In this document: piece after piece, positions 36,987-46,982 of the stretch
Position numbering within the stretch: the first letter of the stretch is position 1
Layout: each line of letters begins with the position of its first letter
Assembly: GCA_002293725.1 (NCBI GenBank)
Contig: DBDU01000006.1
Coordinates: 1-57,649, forward strand
Source of the DNA: Patescibacteria group bacterium UBA924
GTDB taxonomy: Bacteria > Patescibacteriota > Microgenomatia > UBA1400 > PJMF01
Reading direction: 5' to 3'
Length of the DNA: 57,649 nt
Made by a program: the position numbers and the translations under genes
The notes under the pieces: model-generated
The model's database searches: none
Told to the model about the DNA's origin: nothing
Seen by the model: only the letters and a program-made list of their open reading frames with translations

Positions 36987-38519
36987 ATGTTTAAAACTTT
37001 ACGTCGTCTACCAATTCTTAAAGCACTCTGCATGATTTTTGCAGGTCTGATTATTGCGCTACTTTTAAGTGTTGCTTTAAAAACAAACAACCTTGAAGAA
37101 CCTTTGAATCTTAATAGAAGTACGATGGTGATGGGACCGTTTGAATCCAGTAACACAACCTCTCGTTTTGCTTTGGTTGAATCAATTGTTAAACAAAGTA
37201 CTTTTTTCTTTGATCTAGACTTAGCACGCTTTGCTGTACCTGACGTCGTTGAGAATAATGGCAAGTTCTACACTAGCTTTACACCTGGAATCTCTTTCGT
37301 TGCAGTGCCGTTCTACATTTTAGGTCAATATCTGGGCCTGACAGAGCTCATTACTCTTTTCTCAACTGTTGTTTTTGCTACTCTCAATGGCTTTGCACTC
37401 TACTTCTTAGGAAAGAAGATCGGCGCATCTACGCCAGCGGCAATGATAGGTTCTGCCATATTTCTCTTTGCCACTAATGCTTTACCATATAGTGCTACGC
37501 TGACGCAGCACCATCTGAGCACGTTAATCATCACTCTTTCTCTTCTGAATGCATTAAGTAAAAGAACAGTCATAAATAACATTCTCTTTGGACTGCTTTG
37601 TGGAGTTGGCTTCCTTTTTGACTTCCCTAACTTATTTATGCTCTTCCCAGTTGGTATTTACATTTTGGCAAGTCACTTTGAGATCAAAGATACTGTCAAA
37701 AACATTCAAGTGCAATTTAAACTGATTGCCACTTTAATTGTCCTTGGCTTGCTTCCCATGCTTGCCATTTTTGGATGGTACAACGTGCAGTTAACTGGTA
37801 GTCCAATGGGTTTTGCTCAGTTCTCTGCACGAACCAATTACTTTGATACTGCAGAGAAAAAAGCTCGTGACTTAGAAGCATCACAGCATAAAGATCCTTA
37901 TCAACCTACTTTGCCTTTCAATACACGTCAGCAGCTAGATGGAGTCTATATTCTTCTCTTCAGTAACGAGCGAAGTTGGTTGTGGTATAGCCCAGTGGTA
38001 CTACTAGGATTAGTTGGTCTGATTATTCTCTATAAATCACAACCTAAAACGACTGTTCTTTTGGTAGCTGTCATTTCTACTAATATTCTTTTATATAGTA
38101 TGTTCGGCGATCCATGGGGTGGCTGGTCATTTGGCCCTCGTTATCTGATTCCTGGAGCTGCTTTGATGAGTGTGATGGTTGGCTATGCAGTTTCATCTCT
38201 ACGTCGAAACATATTCTTTATGACAGTTTTCTTGGTTGCACTGACATACAGTGTAGCTATCTCTGCTTCTAGTGCACTTTCCACTACGGCTATTCCACCC
38301 AAACAAGAAAGTGAAGCACTAATCGACTACATTCCATATACGTATGAGTACTCTTTCTCGTTACTTCAAAGTGGAAAAAGCCAAAGTATCGCTTACCTTA
38401 CTTTTGCTAGACAGTTTACCGATCCTTACACTTTCTACCTGATCTATACGGGTGTGCTGTGTGCGATTATCTACGCTTTAAGTATTGCTGCGATTGCTGA
38501 AAAGAAGAAAACAAAATGA
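36987..38519 (+). CDS. GT-C fold membrane glycosyltransferase
   Basis: SRFALVESIV, PGISF, LWYSP, WGGWSFGPRYL; multi-TM. Confidence 0.72.
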   Translation: MFKTLRRLPILKALCMIFAGLIIALLLSVALKTNNLEEPLNLNRSTMVMGPFESSNTTSRFALVESIVKQSTFFFDLDLARFAVPDVVENNGKFYTSFTPGISFVAVPFYILGQYLGLTELITLFSTVVFATLNGFALYFLGKKIGASTPAAMIGSAIFLFATNALPYSATLTQHHLSTLIITLSLLNALSKRTVINNILFGLLCGVGFLFDFPNLFMLFPVGIYILASHFEIKDTVKNIQVQFKLIATLIVLGLLPMLAIFGWYNVQLTGSPMGFAQFSARTNYFDTAEKKARDLEASQHKDPYQPTLPFNTRQQLDGVYILLFSNERSWLWYSPVVLLGLVGLIILYKSQPKTTVLLVAVISTNILLYSMFGDPWGGWSFGPRYLIPGAALMSVMVGYAVSSLRRNIFFMTVFLVALTYSVAISASSALSTTAIPPKQESEALIDYIPYTYEYSFSLLQSGKSQSIAYLTFARQFTDPYTFYLIYTGVLCAIIYALSIAAIAEKKKTK

Positions 38520-40135
38520 AAAAATTTTTGAACCTCAACTTCACTATCTCTAAGTCTTCACTACAGAAAGCACAAGACTTTGCCGAACAGTATATGCCGT
38601 ATATCTTGTTCGTCACATTGTCAGTAATTTCCGTCTTTTTCTTTTACTTTTACTACCACAATCAGTTGGGCTTAGCGTACAACGATGCACGTTCACACTT
38701 AGATATTGGACGTCGTGTAGTGGAAGGTTTAAAACCAGGTGCTGCTCAGCTCGGTAGTGTCTGGTTACCACTGCCTCATATTTTGATGATCCCTACTATT
38801 TGGAATGACTTTATGTGGCACAGTGGTCTTTCCGGAGCAGTACAGTCAATGGTTTCATTTGTAGTTACTGGCTTAGTGATTTACTCCCTTTTAGGAAAGT
38901 TGAAGGTCGGTTTGGCTGGAAGATTGTTCGGCGTTTTGGTGTTCTGTGCCAACATGAACATTCTCTATCTCCAATCAACCGCAATGACTGAACTACTCTT
39001 AATTGGTGTAATGACTTTGGGAGTATATGAGCTCATTCTTTGGCACCAAGACGGAGCGATGAATCACTTAATTAAGTCTTCCTTCTGGATCATGCTGTCA
39101 ACTTTAGTTCGCTATGATGGCTGGTTCTTGTTCATGTACTCTACTTTGCTCGTCATTATCTATGGCCTGCGTAAAAAGAGTTGGAAGATGACTGAGGGGC
39201 TTTTTATCTTATTCTGTACACTTGGAGGATTCGGTATCTTTTTCTGGGTGGTATGGAATGCGGCAATTTTTAAAGATCCGCTCTACTTTATCTTTGGACC
39301 ATACTCCGCCCACGCTCAGCAGACTCAACTAGAAGGGGCAGGTGTTTTAGCCACCAAGCATGATCTTATTTTATCTACGCGAATGTACACCTATGCACTC
39401 GTGTACAACTCAGGAATGTTGCCTCTGATCCTTTCTGGATTGGGTCTATTTGTTCTTCTGCGTGATAAAGCACTTTCCACCAATGTAAAAATTGGCGCTA
39501 CTAGTTTACTTGCGCCACTTATCTTTAACATCCTTGCCTTATATCTCGGACACTCAGTGCTCTTCATTCAAGGCATTTCCGGAAACACCTGGTTTAACGT
39601 CCGTTATGGCATCATGATGATGTCTTCGATTGCAATTCTGGCGGGTTATTTCTTCTATAAAGCAAAACTTTTCCGCCCTGTGATCCTGGCACTGTTTATC
39701 TTTGTGACTATCTTCCACTTCGGCAACGGTGATGCCGTCACTATTGATGATGGTCGCGTCGGTTCAAGCCAAAAGAATGTTAGTGAAGTAAGTGGTTGGC
39801 TAAATAAGAATACTGCAAATGAAAAAGGATTTATCTTAATCTCAGCTGCTTCGCACGACGCTATTATCTTTTCGTCTGGTTTACCAATGAAACGATATAT
39901 CCATGAGGGCACTGGTGCATATTGGGAAAGCGCAACAGCCAGTCCAGACCGTTGGGCGCGTTGGATTGTTATGCGTACAAACGACGTTAATGACCAAACT
40001 TTTAGACTTTTAAATAAAGATGCGCTGGAAAAGTACGAGCTGGTTAACTCATATCCGTTTGCTGACATCTACCAATTGAAAGCAGAGTTTGTCCCCCAAG
40101 TGAACACTGAGCCCGTTTTGGGTAAGCAAAAATAA
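38516..40135 (+). CDS. GT-C fold (PMT-like) membrane glycosyltransferase
   Basis: YNDARSHLDIGRR, GSVWLPLPH, QSTAMTE, RYDGW, NVRYG. Confidence 0.75.
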   Translation: MKKFLNLNFTISKSSLQKAQDFAEQYMPYILFVTLSVISVFFFYFYYHNQLGLAYNDARSHLDIGRRVVEGLKPGAAQLGSVWLPLPHILMIPTIWNDFMWHSGLSGAVQSMVSFVVTGLVIYSLLGKLKVGLAGRLFGVLVFCANMNILYLQSTAMTELLLIGVMTLGVYELILWHQDGAMNHLIKSSFWIMLSTLVRYDGWFLFMYSTLLVIIYGLRKKSWKMTEGLFILFCTLGGFGIFFWVVWNAAIFKDPLYFIFGPYSAHAQQTQLEGAGVLATKHDLILSTRMYTYALVYNSGMLPLILSGLGLFVLLRDKALSTNVKIGATSLLAPLIFNILALYLGHSVLFIQGISGNTWFNVRYGIMMMSSIAILAGYFFYKAKLFRPVILALFIFVTIFHFGNGDAVTIDDGRVGSSQKNVSEVSGWLNKNTANEKGFILISAASHDAIIFSSGLPMKRYIHEGTGAYWESATASPDRWARWIVMRTNDVNDQTFRLLNKDALEKYELVNSYPFADIYQLKAEFVPQVNTEPVLGKQK

Positions 40136-40193
40136 CTGATGTATGCGCTTTTAGTCGAGTAGTGATATAATTCAAAGCCCAGAACAAAAAATT

Positions 40194-41438
40194 ATGAGTT
40201 TAAGCATTTATAACCAACTCAACAAGATGTCCCATGAACCAATCGAAGTCATTGTAGTAGGGCTGGGATTTATGGGCTTTGGCTTCCTTTCTTTAACCAA
40301 AAATAGCCCTGGTATTTCCGTTCCTTTAATTCTTTCCCGTCGTCCTCAAGAAACCGTGGAGTACTTGATTAAAGAAGGTTACGCCGCTCAAATTGAGAGT
40401 AACCCTAACACCATCAAAGATCTTCACAAAAAGAATGTCATTGCGGTAAGTGATGATCTCGACTTGATTAAAAGTTATGAGAATAAGATCGTCTTAGAGA
40501 TGACGGGTACCGTTGATTATGGTACTGACGTTGCCCTTCGTACGGTTGAAGCAGGAAAGCACCTCGTTACCATGAACCCTGAGTTGCAAGCTACTGTAGG
40601 AACTCCTCTTAAAGAGCTGTTCGATCAAAAGAACTTAGTAATTACCGACGTCATCGGTGATCAGCCTGGTAGTTTGGCTCGTCTAATCGCTTCTTCCAAA
40701 CTGAAAGGTTTTAAACCCATCATGGCTGGGAACATGAAGAGATATCTCGATATTCATGCCACTCAATCGAAGATGAAGCCCTGGGCAGATGACAAAGGGT
40801 TAGCAGTACGACAGACTGTTTCCTTTACCGATGGCACTAAACAAGCTATTGAAATGACTTTGGTAGCGAACTACTTCGGGATGTCTTTGTTTGGAGCCGG
40901 CATGCAAGGTCCACGGGTAGATAACTTCGACCAAGTGTTGAGCGTGTTCAACTGGAATGACGTTCCTCCTGAGGGTGTCGTTGATTATATGATTGGCCGG
41001 AATCTCTTCCCAGGTGTGTTTATCGTGGCCGAACACGAAGATCCTCATCAACAGAAATACTTACGTTACCTTAACCTCGGTGACGGTCCCCGCTATATTT
41101 TGTTTGATTCTTACCACCTCTGTCATTTAGAGATCAATGAAACAATCGCTAACGTAGCACTATATGGATCTGCCACCATTAACAATGGAAATAACCCTGT
41201 TACCAGTACTATTGCCTTAACTAAGTTTGACTTGAAAAAAGGAACTGTTATTGATGGCATTGGTGGTGACACCATCTACGGAAGCATCCGCAAAGCAGCA
41301 ACTAACTCAGAGTACTTACCAGTTGGAATTAGCCATGGAGCTATTCTCAAACGAGACATTCCTCAGGATACTCCGATCCGTTTAGAAGACGTCGAGCTTC
41401 CAAGTACACCTGCAACTCGTTTACTTAAACTCGTTTAA
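40194..41438 (+). CDS. NAD(P)-dependent oxidoreductase, homoserine-dehydrogenase-like with C-terminal SAF domain (COG4091-like)
   Basis: VVGLGFMG, GDQPG, DGTK..IEM..VAN, YHLCHLE, DGIGG. Confidence 0.85.
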   Translation: MSLSIYNQLNKMSHEPIEVIVVGLGFMGFGFLSLTKNSPGISVPLILSRRPQETVEYLIKEGYAAQIESNPNTIKDLHKKNVIAVSDDLDLIKSYENKIVLEMTGTVDYGTDVALRTVEAGKHLVTMNPELQATVGTPLKELFDQKNLVITDVIGDQPGSLARLIASSKLKGFKPIMAGNMKRYLDIHATQSKMKPWADDKGLAVRQTVSFTDGTKQAIEMTLVANYFGMSLFGAGMQGPRVDNFDQVLSVFNWNDVPPEGVVDYMIGRNLFPGVFIVAEHEDPHQQKYLRYLNLGDGPRYILFDSYHLCHLEINETIANVALYGSATINNGNNPVTSTIALTKFDLKKGTVIDGIGGDTIYGSIRKAATNSEYLPVGISHGAILKRDIPQDTPIRLEDVELPSTPATRLLKLV

Positions 41439-41473
41439 ATACCACATCTTCAAGATGGTAGGATTGAGTAACG

Positions 41474-42841
41474 ATGTTGTCTACGTCATTGCTTAAGCTC
41501 TCAGCAAACAATCAATTTCTAGCCACTACCAACGACAAACCATTTTTTTGGTTAGCTGATACGTGGTGGTATGGACTGACAGATCGAGCTGCTTGGCCTG
41601 AACCCTTTCAAGATTTAGTCAAAAAGCGAGTTGAGCAAGGCTTCACCGTAGCGATGGTCGTTGTCGGTGTTCCGCCTGAAGTTCCGATTGATTCCAATGA
41701 GGCGCGTAGTGATGGTCAACATCCTTTTTTAGAAAACTTTGAACCAAATCCGGCCTACTTTTCTGCTATTAAAAAGAAAGTTGCGTATATGGTGGAACAT
41801 GGCCTTGTTCCTTGTATCGTTGGTGGCTGGGGTCCGCAAATACAGGTCATTGGTCGTCATAACATGGAGCGTTTTTGGCGGGAGATCATTCATCATTTAA
41901 GTGACTATCCAGTAGTTTGGTGTTTAACTGGTGAAGTAGATCTATTTACTGTCAGCACATCGACACAAAGCCAAAAAAATAAACTTGTTAGCTTTCTTCC
42001 AGAGTCTATTAAACGTGTTCTACGAAAAATCAAACCTATTCTGGCGCCCGCTTCTCCTCCATATCACGCACAAGTTGATGACTGGCTGGCTGTGGCAGAA
42101 AAAATTATCGAGATCGACCACTCGCAACACCTTCTGATTGTTCATCCTCACTCCCAAGAACCAAGCAGTAAGATTATGAGAAAACCGAGTTGGTTAAAGA
42201 TTGATAGCATCCAATCAGGGCACAGTACTGATAGCGCACTTTTTTTAACAGAACAAGCTTTTTTACGTAGTAAAGAAATGCCCTTTATTAACCTCGAACC
42301 ATTATATGAAGGCATCCTGAGCAATGATGATCCCGCATTTCAACGTTACGCTTTTTGGATGTCGATTCTGGCTGGAGCAAAAGGTCATACCTATGGAGCC
42401 GACGGTTTATGGAACATGAGAGCAGGTGATCACTTCCTCGGACACTGGGGGCAAACCACTTGGAAAGTTGCTCTTCAACGTCCCGGTGCAGAGCAACTGG
42501 GTTTAGCGAAAAAGTGGTTAGAGAAACACTGTGACTGGTGGACGTTAAAACCTTCGCTTCACTCAGTCACACCACATTGGCAAGCTAGTTTGGACAGAGC
42601 CCAACTTCCGTTCTGCGCAAAAGCAGCACAAGATACTTTCTTATGTTACTTCCCAGAGCCACGTCACACATTAACTTACAGTTGGGGACACTCAGGATCT
42701 TGGCAGTTCAGCTGGATTGACCCCAGTACGATGACGAGTGTTCAAGTCAACTCAGTAAGTGCAAAAGCATCTACACCGTTGATACTACCCCGTCATAATG
42801 GTGACCTCCTTCTATTTGCCCAAAAAAAAATAACCCACTAA
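41474..42841 (+). CDS. DUF4038 / apiosidase-like (GH140-related) glycoside hydrolase
   Basis: PFFWLADTWW, VWCLTGE, IQSGH, PFINLEPLYEG, GHTYGADGLW. Confidence 0.8.
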   Translation: MLSTSLLKLSANNQFLATTNDKPFFWLADTWWYGLTDRAAWPEPFQDLVKKRVEQGFTVAMVVVGVPPEVPIDSNEARSDGQHPFLENFEPNPAYFSAIKKKVAYMVEHGLVPCIVGGWGPQIQVIGRHNMERFWREIIHHLSDYPVVWCLTGEVDLFTVSTSTQSQKNKLVSFLPESIKRVLRKIKPILAPASPPYHAQVDDWLAVAEKIIEIDHSQHLLIVHPHSQEPSSKIMRKPSWLKIDSIQSGHSTDSALFLTEQAFLRSKEMPFINLEPLYEGILSNDDPAFQRYAFWMSILAGAKGHTYGADGLWNMRAGDHFLGHWGQTTWKVALQRPGAEQLGLAKKWLEKHCDWWTLKPSLHSVTPHWQASLDRAQLPFCAKAAQDTFLCYFPEPRHTLTYSWGHSGSWQFSWIDPSTMTSVQVNSVSAKASTPLILPRHNGDLLLFAQKKITH

Positions 42842-42842
42842 A

Positions 42843-42916
42843 CAGCAACAGCTCCCAGGAGGAACTAGAAGCTGTTACTGAAAAGTTGTTGGAGGGCTGC
42901 GTTGTCTTTTGACAAC
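42843..42916. terminator. Hairpins between convergent genes
   Basis: AACAGCT...AGCTGTT stem and GTTGTC-TTTT-GACAAC. Confidence 0.4.
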
Positions 42917-42957
42917 AACATTAATCTACCAATGCTTCTTAAGAAATTGCTGAACGT

Positions 42958-43845
42958 TTATGCTAAGGGTGTTTGTGCAGACGATTGAACCACAGGTACA
43001 GGAGTAGGCACAGTTGGTTGGGTAGGTGATTTCTTCAACTTCGCTAAGAGTAAGGTTTTGTTTCGATAGAGAGAGAAGAATAAGTTAATTACGACGAGTG
43101 CTCCGGCATACGGCTCAATCCAAATACCTAACAAGCCTGCTTCTATAAAGAGCACTACTAACAGTCCTAATAAGGCTCCGTACAACCACTGTTGTTTCTG
43201 AAGCGCTGGTGACGTTTTAGGCTCAATCGCCATTACCAACAGGAAGAACACAAACGTGCCTTCAAACATAATTCCTAACGGGTTGGATCGGACTACAAGG
43301 AGATAAGCAACTGCAAAAGCAACAAGTGCCGTGGCTACGATCTGCAACTTGCGATATTTATATGCCACATATCCTGCAACAGGAACTGTTAAGAACATTA
43401 CCGCACTCATTCCCCCAGGGATGATGTCCAAACGGGGACTAAAGTTTGTCCCCCACCAGGTGGGAAACTGTCCTACTAAACTCAACCCAATTGCTGCTAA
43501 CGCAGCTGGATTAATAATTGGTCCAGTTGGTACGCGAAACCATCGTTGCAATGGTTCAGTAATCAAACCCAGCGTCAAGAAAACCCACCACGGAAAAATG
43601 GGATCGAAGAGCAAAAACAAAATTAAACTGGTAATAAGTCGATGTTCCCAACGAGTTGGTTTAATAAGTTTTAGTCTTAATGTAAGTTGATAAATGGCGA
43701 ATCCAGGAACGATAAGTAAGAAGAAGTGGAAAAGTTGGTTCAGCCAAAAAAGAGGGTTGAGTCCATCCCAATTAAAGCTAGCCCAGACTGATAAAACGAT
43801 GAGAAATACTATTAAAATACGAATTGGAGATTTCCATGCTTTCAT
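42958..43845 (-). CDS. NqrB/RnfD-like membrane protein
   Basis: ITSLILFLL, IINPAALA, TWWG, MAIEPKTSP; divergent from FMN-lipoprotein and apbE. Confidence 0.78.
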   Translation of the reverse strand: MKAWKSPIRILIVFLIVLSVWASFNWDGLNPLFWLNQLFHFFLLIVPGFAIYQLTLRLKLIKPTRWEHRLITSLILFLLFDPIFPWWVFLTLGLITEPLQRWFRVPTGPIINPAALAAIGLSLVGQFPTWWGTNFSPRLDIIPGGMSAVMFLTVPVAGYVAYKYRKLQIVATALVAFAVAYLLVVRSNPLGIMFEGTFVFFLLVMAIEPKTSPALQKQQWLYGALLGLLVVLFIEAGLLGIWIEPYAGALVVINLFFSLYRNKTLLLAKLKKSPTQPTVPTPVPVVQSSAQTPLA

Positions 43846-43888
43846 GCTAGCATTGTGCCTCAATGTTAACAAAATAGAAAGGTCTCAC

Positions 43889-44344
43889 ATGTCACGAAAC
43901 ACTGCCTTCTTGTTTCTCTTCACCGTTGTCTGTGCTGTTTCCTTAGCTGCTTGTCAACCAGCGACTCCCGCTGAGCCAACTCCAGCACCTGCAATGGAGA
44001 GCACAGCCCCAGCAACTTCAGACACAACTGAGAGCACCCACACCTTAGCACCTGGTGAACAGATGGTAAGTGTTGAGACCAGTTACATGTCTCCCGGTGG
44101 TGAAGAGCAAGTCGGTTTCACTTTATTTGTTGATGAAGAAGGTGTCATTACGGCTGCTGAGACAAACGTACTTGGAAAGTCTCCCACCACTGTCATGCGA
44201 CAAAAAAGTTTCGCTGCTGAACTACCAACAGTTGTAACAGGAAAGAAACTGAGTGAGTTAAGTGATGTTGATCGCGTAGGTGGCTCTTCACTTACCACAG
44301 GTGCTTTTAACAAAGCCCTGACTGAGCTCAAAGCTCAGCTGTAA
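43889..44344 (+). CDS. FMN-binding (flavinylated) lipoprotein
   Basis: Lipobox LAAC, P/A/T linker, SYMSPGG, VDRVGGSSLTTGAFNKAL (variant SGAT motif); GAAAGG SD. Confidence 0.78.
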   Translation: MSRNTAFLFLFTVVCAVSLAACQPATPAEPTPAPAMESTAPATSDTTESTHTLAPGEQMVSVETSYMSPGGEEQVGFTLFVDEEGVITAAETNVLGKSPTTVMRQKSFAAELPTVVTGKKLSELSDVDRVGGSSLTTGAFNKALTELKAQL

Positions 44345-44352
44345 AAAGTATT

Positions 44353-45234
44353 GTGCAGTCATACTCATTTAAAGCACTTGGAACTGCCTGGTCAATTTCT
44401 ATTGATCAGGCAGCTTTTATTTCTGACACTTTCTGGCAAAAAGTAGTTGATACTACCAGTCTTTTTGAGCAACGTTTCTCTCGCTTTATCGATACGAGTG
44501 AGTCAAGAGCTTTCGCAGAAGCAAAAGCAGGAACGTACCCCGTTTCGGCTGAAATGACTCGATTACTTGTAGCTGCAGATAAGCTGCGCCAACTTACCAA
44601 GGGTCAATATGATCCCGCGATTGGGTCGTTACTAGAAGCAGCCGGATACAACAAGTCCTACACGCTCAAGCCTAACGAGCAGTACATCAAAGAGTGGCAA
44701 CTTCCCAACTGGCAAATTGATGCTAAAAATTTACAAGTCACAATTGATCGACCACTCGTCTTTGACTTTGGTGGAATTGGTAAAGGCTACTGGATTGACC
44801 AACTCAGCCAACTTTTAATTGACTCTGACTTTCCTTTTCACATCATCGAAGGTGGTGGCGACATGATGGCCACCTCTAAGCAAAACGGCCAAGGCTGGCG
44901 AGTCGCGATTGAGTATCCTGGAAAACCAGAGATGGCACTTGGACTGTCAGTACTAAAGAACCAAGGCTTTGCTGCTTCTGATATGTTTCGTCGTCGCTGG
45001 GGTAGCTGGCATCATTTTATTGACCATCAAAAAAAATCCTCGCAAAATCATATCCTGGGATGTGCAGTTATCGCGCCGAACGCGTGGCAAGCTGATCAAG
45101 CAACTTCAATCTTGTCCCTCACCGATCCAGCCCAAGCAACTCAACTGGTTAATCAACTAGGAGTTGAGTATCTGGTGGTGGGTAACGATGATCTCATCAG
45201 GCGGAGCTCACACTGGCCAGGTCAACTGTTTTAA
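44353..45234 (+). CDS. apbE: FAD:protein FMN transferase
   Basis: ALGT, FSRF..SE, TKGQYDPAIG, DFGGIGKGYWID, GGGD, HHFID, AD. Confidence 0.92.
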   Translation: MQSYSFKALGTAWSISIDQAAFISDTFWQKVVDTTSLFEQRFSRFIDTSESRAFAEAKAGTYPVSAEMTRLLVAADKLRQLTKGQYDPAIGSLLEAAGYNKSYTLKPNEQYIKEWQLPNWQIDAKNLQVTIDRPLVFDFGGIGKGYWIDQLSQLLIDSDFPFHIIEGGGDMMATSKQNGQGWRVAIEYPGKPEMALGLSVLKNQGFAASDMFRRRWGSWHHFIDHQKKSSQNHILGCAVIAPNAWQADQATSILSLTDPAQATQLVNQLGVEYLVVGNDDLIRRSSHWPGQLF

Positions 45235-45286
45235 ACTCAGAGTTTTCTAAGGTAGTTCTTAGGTTAATTGATATATAGTACTGATC

Positions 45287-46309
45287 ATGAAGCGCTTCTT
45301 TTTTTTGATGAGTTTGTTCTGCGTCGGGCTCTTTTTATCTGGATGTACTCGTCAACTTGCTGCGCAGACCTCAATTGAACTTCCAGCTGTACTTCCCTCG
45401 CCCGCACCTAATCCGCTAAGTATCGCCGCACTTAAAAGCAGAGAGTATCCCGGCAGTAAAATTGAGATTACATCTGAGCTCCCAGCAGCTGCCAACTACA
45501 CTCAGTACTTAGCTTCATATCAGTCTGATGGTTTAAAAATTAACGGCCTACTCACCGTTCCTAACGGTGAAGCACCTGAAGGAGGCTGGCCAGCTATTGT
45601 CTTTAATCACGGATATATTCCACCTGAACAGTACCGAACAAATCAACGCTATGAGTCTTATGTAGGCGGATTTGCACGGAGTGGTTTTATTGTTTTTAAA
45701 CCTGACTATCGTGGTCATGGAGATTCGGAAGGAGATCCTACTGGCGCCTACTTTTCCCCAGGTTATACGATTGATGTTCTCAATGCGATCTCCAGCGTTC
45801 GCCAACTGGATAATGTAAACAAAGACAGGATTGGCCTTTGGGGTCACTCTATGGGTGGCCATATTACTCTACGAGCAATCTCAGTCGATCCTTCAATTAA
45901 AGCTGCGGTAATTTGGGCCGGTGTTGTTTCCGACTATCCGCAGTTTTTGGCTCGCCGACGAGCCGCTTCTACCTGGCAACCATCACCGAGGGAAAGTACT
46001 GTCAACCGACCTGGCAGAGCACAGCTACTAGAACAGTACGGCACACCAGAACAGAACCCCAGTTTCTGGCAAGAGATCTCACCTTGGGCTTCACTGTCAG
46101 AGTTGAAGACGCCTATTCAGCTTCATCATGCTAAAGGAGATGAGAGTGTTCCCTGGGAGTACTCACAATCGTTAGCTGACAGACTGCAATCCTTGAGTCA
46201 GCCAGTCGAGTTATTTATTTATGAAGGATCTAACCACAACTTATCTGGCACTCCTTTTACTTTAGCTATGAATCGCTCCGTACAGTTTTTTAAAGATCAC
46301 TTACAATAG
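45287..46309 (+). CDS. Lipoprotein alpha/beta hydrolase (S9 peptidase-like)
   Basis: Lipobox LSGC; FNHG, PDYRGHG, GHSMGG, DESVP, H in SNHN. Confidence 0.85.
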   Translation: MKRFFFLMSLFCVGLFLSGCTRQLAAQTSIELPAVLPSPAPNPLSIAALKSREYPGSKIEITSELPAAANYTQYLASYQSDGLKINGLLTVPNGEAPEGGWPAIVFNHGYIPPEQYRTNQRYESYVGGFARSGFIVFKPDYRGHGDSEGDPTGAYFSPGYTIDVLNAISSVRQLDNVNKDRIGLWGHSMGGHITLRAISVDPSIKAAVIWAGVVSDYPQFLARRRAASTWQPSPRESTVNRPGRAQLLEQYGTPEQNPSFWQEISPWASLSELKTPIQLHHAKGDESVPWEYSQSLADRLQSLSQPVELFIYEGSNHNLSGTPFTLAMNRSVQFFKDHLQ

Positions 46310-46314
46310 CAGGG

Positions 46315-46932
46315 ATGACTCAGCCAACTACTACTCAGCTCTCTCTTTTTTCCGAGCAAGTGATGAAAAAACTTCATCAGGATGTCGAACAGAAACATGG
46401 AGTGTTGCAACCTATCTCACCCCTTGATCCTGAACAGTTCTTTTGGCAGCTTTGTGAAAGTATCCTCGGTCAGCAACTCTCCGAAAAAGTCGCTCCTCAA
46501 ATTATTTCCCGAGTCAGGACGACGCTTTCTGAACAACTTACGCCCGAGCAAGTCATTAGTACTGACACAGAGCTACTACGTGCAGCAGGTGTTTCTTACG
46601 CCAAAATTTCTTACTTAAAGAACGTCGCCGAAGCGTGGCTCTCGCGATCAGTTGAGCCACATCATCTCTTAACTTTAGCTGATGAAGAGGTAATTTCTCA
46701 GTTAACCCAAATCAAAGGTGTTGGTCGCTGGACAGCGGAAATGTTTTTAATTTTTACTCTAGGGAGACCTGATATCTTCTCCACTGGTGACTACGGCTTG
46801 CGACGTGCGATCCTTCTTGCCTATCAAATGCCACCAGAAACTACAGCTGCCCAACTTAATGAACTTGCCAACCAATGGGCACCACATCGATCTCTTGCTT
46901 CTCGCATACTGTGGAAATCTTTAGATTTTTGA
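46315..46932 (+). CDS. alkA: DNA-3-methyladenine glycosylase II (HhH-GPD)
   Basis: ILGQQLS, IKGVGRWTAEM, LGRPD, GDYG, WAPHRS. Confidence 0.88.
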   Translation: MTQPTTTQLSLFSEQVMKKLHQDVEQKHGVLQPISPLDPEQFFWQLCESILGQQLSEKVAPQIISRVRTTLSEQLTPEQVISTDTELLRAAGVSYAKISYLKNVAEAWLSRSVEPHHLLTLADEEVISQLTQIKGVGRWTAEMFLIFTLGRPDIFSTGDYGLRRAILLAYQMPPETTAAQLNELANQWAPHRSLASRILWKSLDF

Positions 46933-46982
46933 TAGAGAAATGGGTTGGCTAATCAAGCTACTGGTGTGCTAGTATTATTCTC

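Noticed and set aside
43694-43888. 65-aa N-terminal extension of the FMN lipoprotein in the ORF track
   Set aside because: Overlaps the RnfD-like gene; SD and lipoprotein signal support the start at 43889
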